Position numbers and translations under genes: made by a program
Assembly: GCA_039914625.1 (NCBI GenBank)
Contig: JBDSOU010000123.1
Location: 1 to 50,285 of the forward strand
Origin: Bacteroidia bacterium
GTDB taxonomy: Bacteria > Bacteroidota > Bacteroidia > AKYH767-A > OLB10
Reading direction: 5' to 3'
Length of the DNA stretch: 50,285 nt
The notes under the pieces: model-generated
What the model was told of the DNA's origin: nothing
The model's input: the letters and a program-made list of their open reading frames with translations, nothing else
Database searches by the model: none
Shown here: in pieces, positions 35,935 to 44,469 of the stretch
How positions within the stretch are numbered: position 1 is the first letter of the stretch
How the letters are laid out: the number at the start of each line of letters is the position of its first letter

Positions 35935-38462
35935 CTAACTGAATATTATTCCTGCACCTAATCCCATGTCGCTATCGTAGTGAGTTGATAAAAAAATATA
36001 TTTTGTGGCGATATATCTGAAACCTGCCAAGTATTCTTTGTCGGTGTTTATCATCAGGCTAAAGCGTAAGCGGGGTGTGATGGAAATATCTTCTCTTGAT
36101 AATTGAAAGCGCAATTTTCCATCACCGTCTATTCGTGCATCAGCTATAAATAACATAGGCAAAGTATATTCAATACCTGCTGCAATGGTGTGACGATTGT
36201 TTTTATTGCTTACCTGACCAAACCAATTATATTCTTCGTTGCCGAAAATATTTTCGGGTCCGCCTTCTGTTTTGTAATGATAATCATAACCGATGTAGGG
36301 ATATAACCATTGCATTTTTCCGATGTATCTTCCAAACATTTTTTCGCTTTCGTAACCGTGTTCGGGATGATAACAAAGATGCCACATTTCTGAAAGTTTC
36401 CAACGAGTGTTTGCTAACATGACTTCACCATCTGTGCCGTTGGTTTCAATGCTTATCTTAGCCATGAAATGAGGCATCCTGTCATCGGAAAATAATTTTC
36501 GCTGTGCATATTTTGGATTTGGTATTTCGGGATTGACAGGAGAATTTTGATAGCTGAATATTCTGCCCATTCCGCTCATCATGTGATAAAGTATGTTGCA
36601 ATGGAAAAACCAATCGCCACTTTCGGTTGCTGCAAATTCTATTGTGTCGGTTTCCATGGGCATGATGTCCAAGACATTTTTGAGCGGTGAATAATCGCCT
36701 TGTCCGTTTAACACTCTGAAATCGTGACCGTGCAAGTGCATGGGGTGACGCATCATGGTGTTGTTGTAGAGAATAATTCTTACATTTTCTCCTTTGTGAA
36801 TTAAAATTTTGTCTGCCTCTGAAACTACTTTATTATTTATGCTCCACACATAACGATTCATGTTTCCTGTTAATTCAAAATGCAGTTCTTTAAGCCCCCC
36901 AGCCCCCAAAGGGGGAGCGGGTAAATTTGTTTTTTCAGTTGATTTTAACATTCCATAATCCAATGTTACAATTTCATGTTGCTCTTTTTCCTTCTTGTAA
37001 TTATTAGTGTCCTTCATGTTCATGTTTTTCATGTCATGCTGCATGGTTTCCCCCCCCCCCGTTATTTTTTTCTTCACCGGTAATTTCAGGATACATTACT
37101 GTGTTCATATCCATTGTCTGGTGACTCATGTGCATTCCCATATCATCATGGCGTTCATCATTTTCATTCCTTCAAAATATTTCAGTGTTTCTAAATGCGG
37201 TGCTTGCATTTTCATTCCATCGCCTAACCAAAGCGAAACTGATGCGGTGCGGTCTTCGGGTGTGGCGAGAAATTCGTAACTCATGTTGTCGGGGATTGTA
37301 ACTATTACATCATAAGTTTCTGCAACTGCAATTAACAAGCGGTCAACTTCTACGGGTTCTACATCGTTGCCATCGTTGCTAACTACAGTAATTTTTCCTC
37401 CTCCGTAAGTTAGCCAAAAATATGTTGATGCGCCTCCGTTTACTATTCGCAATTTTACTTTATCACCTGCCTTGAATTGCGGTTGCTCATTTACATTTTT
37501 TCCATTGATTAAAAATTCGTTATAGTAAACATCACTAACATCCATTGCATTCATGCGTTTCTATTCGTTTTTTGAATTTGGTTTTTACGTTTCCGCGGCC
37601 GATTGCTTCGGAATAGCTTTGAGTAGTTCTTTTTTTTTATTGCGAACCAATCGGTGGCGTTGTGCAATGAACGGTCAATTTCACCGGATTTCATGTCTGT
37701 CCAATCGCTTAACACAATAGGCAAAGTTTTTATGTCGGGTTCGTTGTTGCGCTTATTTAAAATGAGTGCGCCATACATTCCGCTTTGTTCCTGTAATTCC
37801 GAATGTGAGTGATACCAGTATGTCCCGTTTTGACGAATAGGAAATTTATATAAATGCGTTTTGTGCGCAGGGATTGGCATTTGAGTTAAGTATGGAACTC
37901 CGTCAAATTGATTTGGAAGAAAGATTCCGTGCCAATGAATTGTGGTTCCTACATTGAGATTGTTGTGAACATAAATTTCTGCTGTGTCACCTTCGGTAAA
38001 AGTTAGTGTTGGTGCAGGTATTTGCCCATTGATTGCGATTGCATGTCTTGATTTTCCTGAAAAATTTACGATGGTATCTGCTACATATAAAACATAGCGA
38101 ATTGTTTTTGGTTTTCCTGAATTGATGTAAGTAGTTTTTGCCGTGAGAGGAGGCGGTGACATTTGCGTTTCAACTATTTTGGTTTGTTGCATTATCGAAT
38201 CTTTTGCAACAGGCAAAATAATTTCTGTTTTTTTTCGATTTTTTTTTCGTTACTAAAACTGTTTTCTTAATTAGTTTCATTCCACACTTTGTACAATTGT
38301 CGGGTTTGGCTGAATGTATTTCGGGATGCATTACACAAGTGTAGTAGATGGAATCTGTCTGTTTGTTTTCGGACATATTCATTCCCTGCATGTTTTTCAT
38401 GCTTTGTGAAAAGGAATAAAAGGTCACGAAAAGGAATATAATGGTTATGATACTTTTTTCAT
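35935..38462 (-). pseudogene. multicopper oxidase (CopA/PcoA-like) with N-terminal HMBD module and C-terminal CopB/PcoB-like region, disrupted by at least 6 frame breaks
   Basis: Four consecutive ORF fragments in different frames cover the gene.
- 38170..38427: signal peptide remnant plus YTCVMHPEIHSAKPDNCTKCGMKL.
- 37551..38216: cupredoxin domain 1 with HWHG and WYHSH.
- 37126..37554: domain 2.
- 35935..37077: domain 3 with HPMHLHGH and HCNILYHMMSGM, plus a ~200-aa beta-rich tail.
Frame switches coincide with T6 38454-38459, T8 38228-38235, T9 37630-37638, T6 37568-37573 and C11 37050-37060, plus one near 37140. There is also an in-frame TAG at 37561-37563. Confidence 0.8.
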
Positions 38463-38470
38463 TCTGAAAT

Positions 38471-40492
38471 TTAATTTGAGGTCTCCACTTTTAAAAGCTT
38501 TGCGTTAATAGCAACTACAATTGTACTTACACTCATTAATACTGCTCCTGCTGCTGGGGTAAGCATGATTCCATATTTGTAAAGAACACCTGCAGCAAGC
38601 GGTAATGCAATAATATTATATCCTGTCGCCCACATTAAATTTTGAATCATTTTTCTGTATGTCGCTTTTCCGAACAAAATTAAACTTGTTATGTCTTTTG
38701 GATTGCTGTTTACTAAAATGATTCCTGCTGTTTCGGCTGCAATGTCGCTGCCACTTCCCACTGCAATTCCTATATCGGCTTGCGCCAATGCGGGTGCATC
38801 GTTTACTCCATCACCAGTCATTGCAACAAATTCTCCTTTGGCTTGCAGTTCTTTTATTTTTTCTAATTTCTGATGTGGTAATACTTCTGCAAAAAATCCA
38901 TCCATCTTCAATTCATCACTTACACTTTTTGCAACTATTGCATTATCGCCTGTTAGCAAAATTGATTTGATATTATTTTCGTGCAATGTTTTTATTGCCT
39001 CAACAGATTCAGGTCTTATATTATCTGCCAATGAAATGTAACCTGTGAGTTTATTATTTACAATGATGAAAACAATAGTTTCAGAAGTGCTACTTGTATA
39101 ATTTTCAGGCAGAGCAATTTTATTTTCTTTAAGATAACCCGGACTTATAACTTTAATATTTTTTCCATCCACATCAGCTTCAATTCCCTTTCCTGTGATT
39201 GCTTTAAAATTTTTTACTGCCGGAATTGCAATTGCAAGTTCTTTTGCTTTTGCAAGGATTCCAGTTGCAATCGGGTGTTCGGAATTTTGTTCTAATGCTG
39301 CTGCAAGACGAATAATTTCTTTTTCATCAAAACCCGATTGCCAAGATTTGATTCGTGCTACTTCAAATTTTCCGATTGTTAGTGTTCCCGTTTTATCAAA
39401 TATGATTGTTGTAATTTTTCGTGCGTTCTCAAATGCTGTGCGGTTCTTAATGAGCAAACCATGCTTTGCAGAAAGCGAAGTGGATATTGCAACAACTAAA
39501 GGAACTGCTAAACCCAACGCATGAGGACAGCAAATCACAATTACAGTTACCATTCTTTCTAATGCAAAAACAACAGGTTGTTTTGCGATAAGCCACCAAA
39601 AAAAGAAAGTTCCAAATCCTGCAATCAATGCAACAATGGTTAAGATTTTTGCTGCTTTGTCAGCAAGCAATTGTGTTTTAGATTTTGTTTTTTGTGCATC
39701 GTCAACTAACTTAATTACTCTTGACAAATAAGAATCTTTTGAAGCATGAGTAACTTTTACTTTTAATGAACCATTTCCATTAATAGAACCTGCAATTACT
39801 TTTTGGTCTATAGATTTTTTTACCGGAACTGATTCACCTGTAAGCATGGATTCATTTAAATAACTTTCGCCTTCATAAATAATTCCATCGGCTGCGACCT
39901 TTTCTCCCGGCTTAATTAAAATTGAATCGCCTTCTTTGAGTGAATCAGTTTTTACATCGTGAATCATTGTTGGCATTATCATGTGTGCATCGGATGGCAT
40001 TAACTGAACTAACAATTCTAATTCTTTAGATGCACCTGCAACGGATTTCATTTCAATCCAATGTCCTAAGAGCATAATTAAAATAAGCGTGCAGAGTTCC
40101 CAAAAGAAATCCATGCCTCGTAAACCGAAGACAGTTGCTACGCTGTACGCATAAGCGGCTGTGATTGCAACTGCAATCAATGTCATCATTCCTAATGCAC
40201 TGTTTTTTATTTCGTCCACTAAACCTTTTAAGAAAGGCATTCCTCCGTAAAAGAAAACGATTGTTGAAAGTACAAATAGTAAATATGTTGACCCTTTGAA
40301 CGCAATGTTGAAATGAAACCATTGCTGAATCATTGGCGAAAGCAACATAACTGGAATAGTTATAATCAGCGTAACATAAAATCTCCGCTTGAAATCTTCA
40401 ATCATCATTTTGTGAGGGTCGTGGTGTTCCATTCCCATAGAGGGATTGGCTGCGTGTTGTGAATGGTCGTGCGCTGTATGTTGATGTTCCAT
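38471..40492 (-). CDS. copB: copper-translocating P1B-type ATPase, CopB-like (CPH motif, His-rich N-terminus)
   Basis: 673 aa. The N-terminus is MEHQHTAHDHSQHAANPSMGMEHHDPHKMM. Motifs: TGES, CPH in TM6 (ICCPHALGLAVP), DKTGTLT, GDGVNDAPAL. There is no CxxC HMA domain. Confidence 0.9.
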   Translation of the reverse strand: MEHQHTAHDHSQHAANPSMGMEHHDPHKMMIEDFKRRFYVTLIITIPVMLLSPMIQQWFHFNIAFKGSTYLLFVLSTIVFFYGGMPFLKGLVDEIKNSALGMMTLIAVAITAAYAYSVATVFGLRGMDFFWELCTLILIMLLGHWIEMKSVAGASKELELLVQLMPSDAHMIMPTMIHDVKTDSLKEGDSILIKPGEKVAADGIIYEGESYLNESMLTGESVPVKKSIDQKVIAGSINGNGSLKVKVTHASKDSYLSRVIKLVDDAQKTKSKTQLLADKAAKILTIVALIAGFGTFFFWWLIAKQPVVFALERMVTVIVICCPHALGLAVPLVVAISTSLSAKHGLLIKNRTAFENARKITTIIFDKTGTLTIGKFEVARIKSWQSGFDEKEIIRLAAALEQNSEHPIATGILAKAKELAIAIPAVKNFKAITGKGIEADVDGKNIKVISPGYLKENKIALPENYTSSTSETIVFIIVNNKLTGYISLADNIRPESVEAIKTLHENNIKSILLTGDNAIVAKSVSDELKMDGFFAEVLPHQKLEKIKELQAKGEFVAMTGDGVNDAPALAQADIGIAVGSGSDIAAETAGIILVNSNPKDITSLILFGKATYRKMIQNLMWATGYNIIALPLAAGVLYKYGIMLTPAAGAVLMSVSTIVVAINAKLLKVETSN

Positions 40493-40617
40493 TTAAATAA
40501 ATTTAAATACGAAAAACAGGGCTGCTTAAATTGCAACCCTGTCTTCCAAATAATAATTGATTATTTTTTTACAGGCAACTCATTCTTCAAGTCAATAGTG
40601 AGAAATCCTGATTTATT

Positions 40618-41079
40618 TTATTTTTTCTCCACCAGATCCATTCTACACTTTGGACATTTACCTGCTTTATCGCTTGTAACTTCGGGGTGCATCGGGCAAG
40701 TGTAACTCATTGCCATTTCCTTTTTTTTACTTTTCTTTTTTGTTTCGCTTTTCACATCTTTATTCATCATTAAACACTTATCCATTTTTCCATTCATATC
40801 CATACATTCACCTTCTTTCATTTTCATTTTTGTTCCGTCTTTCATAATACATTCTCCATTCATCATACATGTTGTTCCATTTTTCATGGTCATGTCCTTC
40901 TCCATTGGCATTTTTTTGCCGTCCATCATACACATCATTTTACCACCTTCCATCATGCAACAATCTTTCATCATAGATGAATCGGTTTTGGTTTGTGCAA
41001 AAGAGTTACTTGCCGTAAAGCATACTACCAGCGTTAGCATTGAAGCGACTACTGTAGAAATCATTTTTTTGTTTTTCAT
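40618..41079 (-). CDS. secreted Met/Cys-rich protein with C-terminal HMBD (CPMHPE...CPKC) module
   Basis: 153 aa. Signal peptide ...CFTASNSFAQ. An 80-residue stretch has 22 Met and 7 Cys by my count (MMKDCCMMEGGKMMCMMDGKKMPMEKDMTM...). A Lys-rich linker follows, then YTCPMHPEVTSDKAGKCPKCRMDLV. Confidence 0.8.
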   Translation of the reverse strand: MKNKKMISTVVASMLTLVVCFTASNSFAQTKTDSSMMKDCCMMEGGKMMCMMDGKKMPMEKDMTMKNGTTCMMNGECIMKDGTKMKMKEGECMDMNGKMDKCLMMNKDVKSETKKKSKKKEMAMSYTCPMHPEVTSDKAGKCPKCRMDLVEKK

Positions 41080-41192
41080 AATTATTTTTTTGATTTAATT
41101 TTCTTCAGTTTCGCTGTTACCCGATTACTATTGTTCAATTTTTTACTTACTATTCATTACTCTGCAAAGATGAATATCTAATACTGAAAAAT

Positions 41193-41239
41193 ATTACACA
41201 ATTCTGCAAGTAAGTTACATGATTCACAGATTTTCAACG
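41193..41239 (-). promoter_or_regulatory. conserved 47-bp upstream motif, copy B
   Basis: ttacacaattctgcaagtaagttacatgattcacagattttcaacgc lies 114-160 nt upstream of the start at 41079. It aligns with copies A and C. Confidence 0.5.
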
Positions 41240-41262
41240 CAACTTAACAACTACGATAATAT

Positions 41263-41808
41263 TCAGTTATTCGCTTTTATGGTTTCTTTTATTGAACCAC
41301 ATGATGGCATTTTTTTGCCCATGTAAGGATTGCTTATCTTTTCTGATTCGCTTAACCAATAAGCACCTTTTCCATCATTTGCCATCGGGCAGAACTGATA
41401 ATACAACTCGGCAGAGTTGGTGTTAAACTCTTTTACAACAGCATATATATTTTTTGAGAGTGAAGTGAAGTGCTCGCGCTGATGTTCTGTTTCGGCAGTC
41501 TCTTTGATATGTTCGGAATCGTAAGAAAGTTTGTCCATGTATTTTATCCAAACAGTGTGCTGCGCTGCGGTGAGTTTGTCCATCGGCACTTTGTCAATTG
41601 CTTTGTAAAGTGCTTTGGAACTTTTGCTTGCTGCTTCACCATCGTCTTTTGCAAGCGCATTTTTTAAAACAAGGTAAGCAGAAATTACCTTGTGAAGCGG
41701 GTTGGCACTGACACTTGTGTCTTTACTCATTTCTTGTGTTTGTGCAGATGTCGTCTGCATAATGGCAGTTACAATGATTGCAACTGCGAGAATTGTTTTT
41801 TTACTCAT
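41263..41808 (-). CDS. DUF3347-domain periplasmic protein (metal-cluster associated)
   Basis: 181 aa with a signal peptide. YYQFCPMANDGKGAYWLSESEKISNPYMGKKMPSCG matches the conserved DUF3347 C-terminal motif (F.CPM.....A.WL......NPY.G..M..CG). Confidence 0.8.
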   Translation of the reverse strand: MSKKTILAVAIIVTAIMQTTSAQTQEMSKDTSVSANPLHKVISAYLVLKNALAKDDGEAASKSSKALYKAIDKVPMDKLTAAQHTVWIKYMDKLSYDSEHIKETAETEHQREHFTSLSKNIYAVVKEFNTNSAELYYQFCPMANDGKGAYWLSESEKISNPYMGKKMPSCGSIKETIKANN

Positions 41809-41953
41809 GATTTTTTTTGTTTTAAAGTATGTGACTTGTTATTAATGTTTACAGCAATCCTTTTTCAAGAAGTTTGTTATCAATTTGAATATCTTCTTTG
41901 TTATATGAACGAAAGTATTATCTGTTTGGCTCTTTGTAGTTGTGTTCTTCATG

Positions 41954-42694
41954 TTAAATTAAGATAATTGAGCTTGCGCCCATTACAATCATCAGTGCAT
42001 CTTCAATTACGGTTATAGTGCTCATTGGTAAATTAAATACTGCACCAAGGCAGGCGCATTGTATTTTTTGTTTTTTCAAAATACTTTGTAATACTCCGAT
42101 GATGCTAATGCTCATTACAATTAATGTAACTGCATTGGTAATTTGCAAATGGAATTGGGTGAGATATGCAAGTCCTAATGCCAATTCAATAAAGGCATAC
42201 ACATATCCCCACGATTTAAATCGTTTCGCAATAACATCGTACATCGAATAACTTTCGGAAAAAGCTTTCAGATTAAGCATTTTGAAAAAAGAGAAAGCAA
42301 GAAAGAATTGTCCCATAAAAAAATTCATCCAATCATGAAAGTCTAACTTGTAAGTGAAAGCGAGCAAGGAGGTAATTAAGGTGATGTAAAAGAAAATAGT
42401 CAGAACGGGCTTGTATGTTTGAAACCAATTTGTCGCCTCAACTTTTTCATTCTCAAGGTGAGAAAGCGGGAAAGTTCCTTCATGGATTATATATTTTTTT
42501 TCGGGACTGATTGCCTGTTGTAATTCAGAAATCGGAATGTGTTTGCTCATTTCAACTACAGCCATTTGCGGATTGAGAGTTACTTGGGCGGATAATACAT
42601 CCGTCAGCCTTAATAAATTGCTTTTTACTTTTTCAACGCAATTATTGCAAGTCATTCCAGTAAGGTCATAAGTATGTGTCATTTTCATTTTCAT
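41954..42694 (-). CDS. HMA-domain / MauE-DoxX-like membrane protein fusion
   Basis: 246 aa. The N-terminal HMA fold has GMTCNNC. About 4 TM helices follow, then the QCACLGAVFNLPMS motif typical of MauE-like proteins (C-x-C-x-G). Confidence 0.75.
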   Translation of the reverse strand: MKMKMTHTYDLTGMTCNNCVEKVKSNLLRLTDVLSAQVTLNPQMAVVEMSKHIPISELQQAISPEKKYIIHEGTFPLSHLENEKVEATNWFQTYKPVLTIFFYITLITSLLAFTYKLDFHDWMNFFMGQFFLAFSFFKMLNLKAFSESYSMYDVIAKRFKSWGYVYAFIELALGLAYLTQFHLQITNAVTLIVMSISIIGVLQSILKKQKIQCACLGAVFNLPMSTITVIEDALMIVMGASSIILI

Positions 42695-42734
42695 TTTTAT
42701 GACACAAAATTAGATTGGGCTTCATGAAATGATG

Positions 42735-42781
42735 TTATACAATTTTGTATTTAATTTGTATGATTTACAGTTCTTCAATGG
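42735..42781 (-). promoter_or_regulatory. conserved 47-bp upstream motif, copy C (overlaps the last codons of the AraC gene)
   Basis: ttatacaattttgtatttaatttgtatgatttacagttcttcaatgg lies 41-87 nt upstream of the start at 42694. Confidence 0.45.
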
Positions 42782-43325
42782 GATTGCGTTTTTTTTCTTT
42801 TAATAGTTTGAAGTGAGTAGGAGTAAGTCCCGTTATTTTTTTAAACTGCTTGCTCAGATGTGACACACTGCTGTAATTCATCTTAATGGCAATTTCACTT
42901 AATGAAAGCTCATCATACACAATCAACTCTTTTACTTTTTCAATCTTTTGAGAGATAAAATATTTTTCGATAGTAGTTCCTTCTATGTCAGAAAACAAGT
43001 TGCTGAGATAATTGTAATCGTGATGCAATTTCTGAGCAATGTGTTCTGAAAAATTTGTTTTGAGTTGTTCATCGGAATAATGAACCAATTCAATAATCGT
43101 ATTTTTTATTTTTTCAATCAGCCGATATTTTTTATCATCTATTAATTCAAAACCGAATGATAGCAATGTTTGATTAAGTTGTTTTTTGTTTTCTTCATTT
43201 AATTCTTCCTGAATTTCTACTTCACCCAACTTAACATCAAGTGGGTGAAATCCTGACTTTATAAGTTCGGTTTTCACTACCATTTTGCACCGGCTGCAAA
43301 CCATATTTTTGATATAAAGCTTCAT
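42765..43325 (-). CDS. AraC/XylS-family transcriptional regulator with N-terminal HMA-like metal-binding domain
   Basis: 186 aa. MKLYIKNMVCSRCKMVVKTEL carries M-x-C-x-x-C in a ferredoxin-like N-domain. The C-terminal AraC HTH is LSLSEIAIKMNYSSVSHLSKQFKKITGLTPTHFK. Confidence 0.8.
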   Translation of the reverse strand: MKLYIKNMVCSRCKMVVKTELIKSGFHPLDVKLGEVEIQEELNEENKKQLNQTLLSFGFELIDDKKYRLIEKIKNTIIELVHYSDEQLKTNFSEHIAQKLHHDYNYLSNLFSDIEGTTIEKYFISQKIEKVKELIVYDELSLSEIAIKMNYSSVSHLSKQFKKITGLTPTHFKLLKEKKRNPIEEL

Positions 43326-43358
43326 GATGTTAACAACTCAGCGTCAATAGAAAAATCC

Positions 43359-43550
43359 TTATTTTTTTACTAAATCCATCCCGCATTTTGAGCACTTGCC
43401 CGGCTTATCACTCGTTATTTCCGGATGCATCGGACAGGTGTAAACTGCAGCAGATGCCGGATTGTTTGTTGCCGATTTAGGGCTTTTGCATGATTCTACT
43501 GATAGAAACATAAGAACCGTTGCTGAAATTAAAACTAATTGTTTTTTCAT
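43359..43550 (-). CDS. small HMBD lipoprotein (CPMHPE...CSKCGM)
   Basis: 63 aa. Lipoprotein signal ...FLSVESC. YTCPMHPEITSDKPGKCSKCGMDLVKK is present. Confidence 0.75.
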   Translation of the reverse strand: MKKQLVLISATVLMFLSVESCKSPKSATNNPASAAVYTCPMHPEITSDKPGKCSKCGMDLVKK

Positions 43551-43566
43551 TTTGTTAAATTTTAGT

Positions 43567-44466
43567 TTATAAATGTTGAATAATAATTTTTTTCATTAAA
43601 ATATTTTCTTTAGATTTTATTTTCAAAAAATAAACTCCATTCTGGAGATGGGAAACATTACAGACCTTTTGACTGGTCTTCAAAATTTTTCTTCCATCAA
43701 CAGAAAATAATTCAGCATCCAAAAAATTTTGTGCATAAATATTTAATCGTGTCGAAGCAGGATTTGGAAAAGCAGCGAAAGAAAAATCTTTTTCAAAGTG
43801 CTTTACTGTTGTTTGAGATAAATCGCCACCGTTCCATTGTTCAATTACAGGTGCAGGAAATACGGGAGTGAAAGTTGTAGTCCAGCGATAAGCAATGCCC
43901 GGTGTTCCGGTTGTGGTAATCGGATTTGAATTTGTAAAAGCTGTGTCGGTTGCAGTGAGCATTAATGCACCATTCCGGTAGCCACTTATTGTCATTCCTG
44001 TAATTTCCGTTCTGATAGTGTCACCGCCCAAAGGAGCAGGAGCAATTACGGATGCAAGTATGCGGGTTTGTGCTGTAGAAACTCCATCATATTTTATTTC
44101 CCATTCATTGTTGGCATTATTCCAATGAAAACCATAACGCGCAAAGTCACTGCTTCTTCTTCTTACAAATGCCTGGCATAACATGCTGTCAATTTTATCA
44201 GGCGAAATAATAATTTCTGAATACTGGTCTGCCTGAAAAGCATAAGCAGTCCATCCGAGCAAACCGAAATAACCGTTGTTGTTTGGAAAACCCAAGTCGC
44301 TGCTGTCAACAATTCCAACATCATTACCTCCGAAATAAACAGTCCAGTTGTTGCCAAGCAAATGTCTTTCAAAATCATCGGATGCTGTTTGCTGAGCAAT
44401 TGAAAAATTTATAGTACTCAGAATAAAATTTGCGAACAGGATATTGGTTAGTAAAATTTTTTTCAT
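43567..44466 (-). CDS. secreted hypothetical protein (possibly lectin/LamG-like jelly roll) with T9SS CTD
   Basis: 299 aa with a signal peptide. CTD: FAAFPNPASTRLNIYAQ...GVYFLKIKS...KKIIIQ. The fold guess is weak. Confidence 0.7.
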   Translation of the reverse strand: MKKILLTNILFANFILSTINFSIAQQTASDDFERHLLGNNWTVYFGGNDVGIVDSSDLGFPNNNGYFGLLGWTAYAFQADQYSEIIISPDKIDSMLCQAFVRRRSSDFARYGFHWNNANNEWEIKYDGVSTAQTRILASVIAPAPLGGDTIRTEITGMTISGYRNGALMLTATDTAFTNSNPITTTGTPGIAYRWTTTFTPVFPAPVIEQWNGGDLSQTTVKHFEKDFSFAAFPNPASTRLNIYAQNFLDAELFSVDGRKILKTSQKVCNVSHLQNGVYFLKIKSKENILMKKIIIQHL

Positions 44467-44469
44467 TGT

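Noticed and set aside
37007-37279. ORF 37007..37279 (+), 90 aa
   Set aside because: It is antisense to the Met-rich loop of the oxidase pseudogene. Its His/Phe/Met-rich product mirrors ATG/CAT-rich sequence.
35935-38462. Programmed ribosomal frameshifting, or the four fragments being separate functional genes
   Set aside because: There are six disruptions in both directions plus an in-frame TAG, which is too many for programmed recoding. The fragments split within cupredoxin domains and within the signal peptide. Assembly error at homopolymers remains possible and is flagged in the finding.
38691-39524. + strand ORFs inside the ATPase gene (38691..38873, 38788..38970, 39195..39524) and the - strand out-of-frame ORF 40053..40322
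   Set aside because: All lie within the well-supported P1B ATPase frame and carry no motifs.
40463-41098. + strand ORFs 40463..40705 and 40886..41098; likewise 41470..41667, 41692..41967 and 42018..42251
   Set aside because: They are antisense or spacer ORFs within the minus-strand metal operon and have no motifs.
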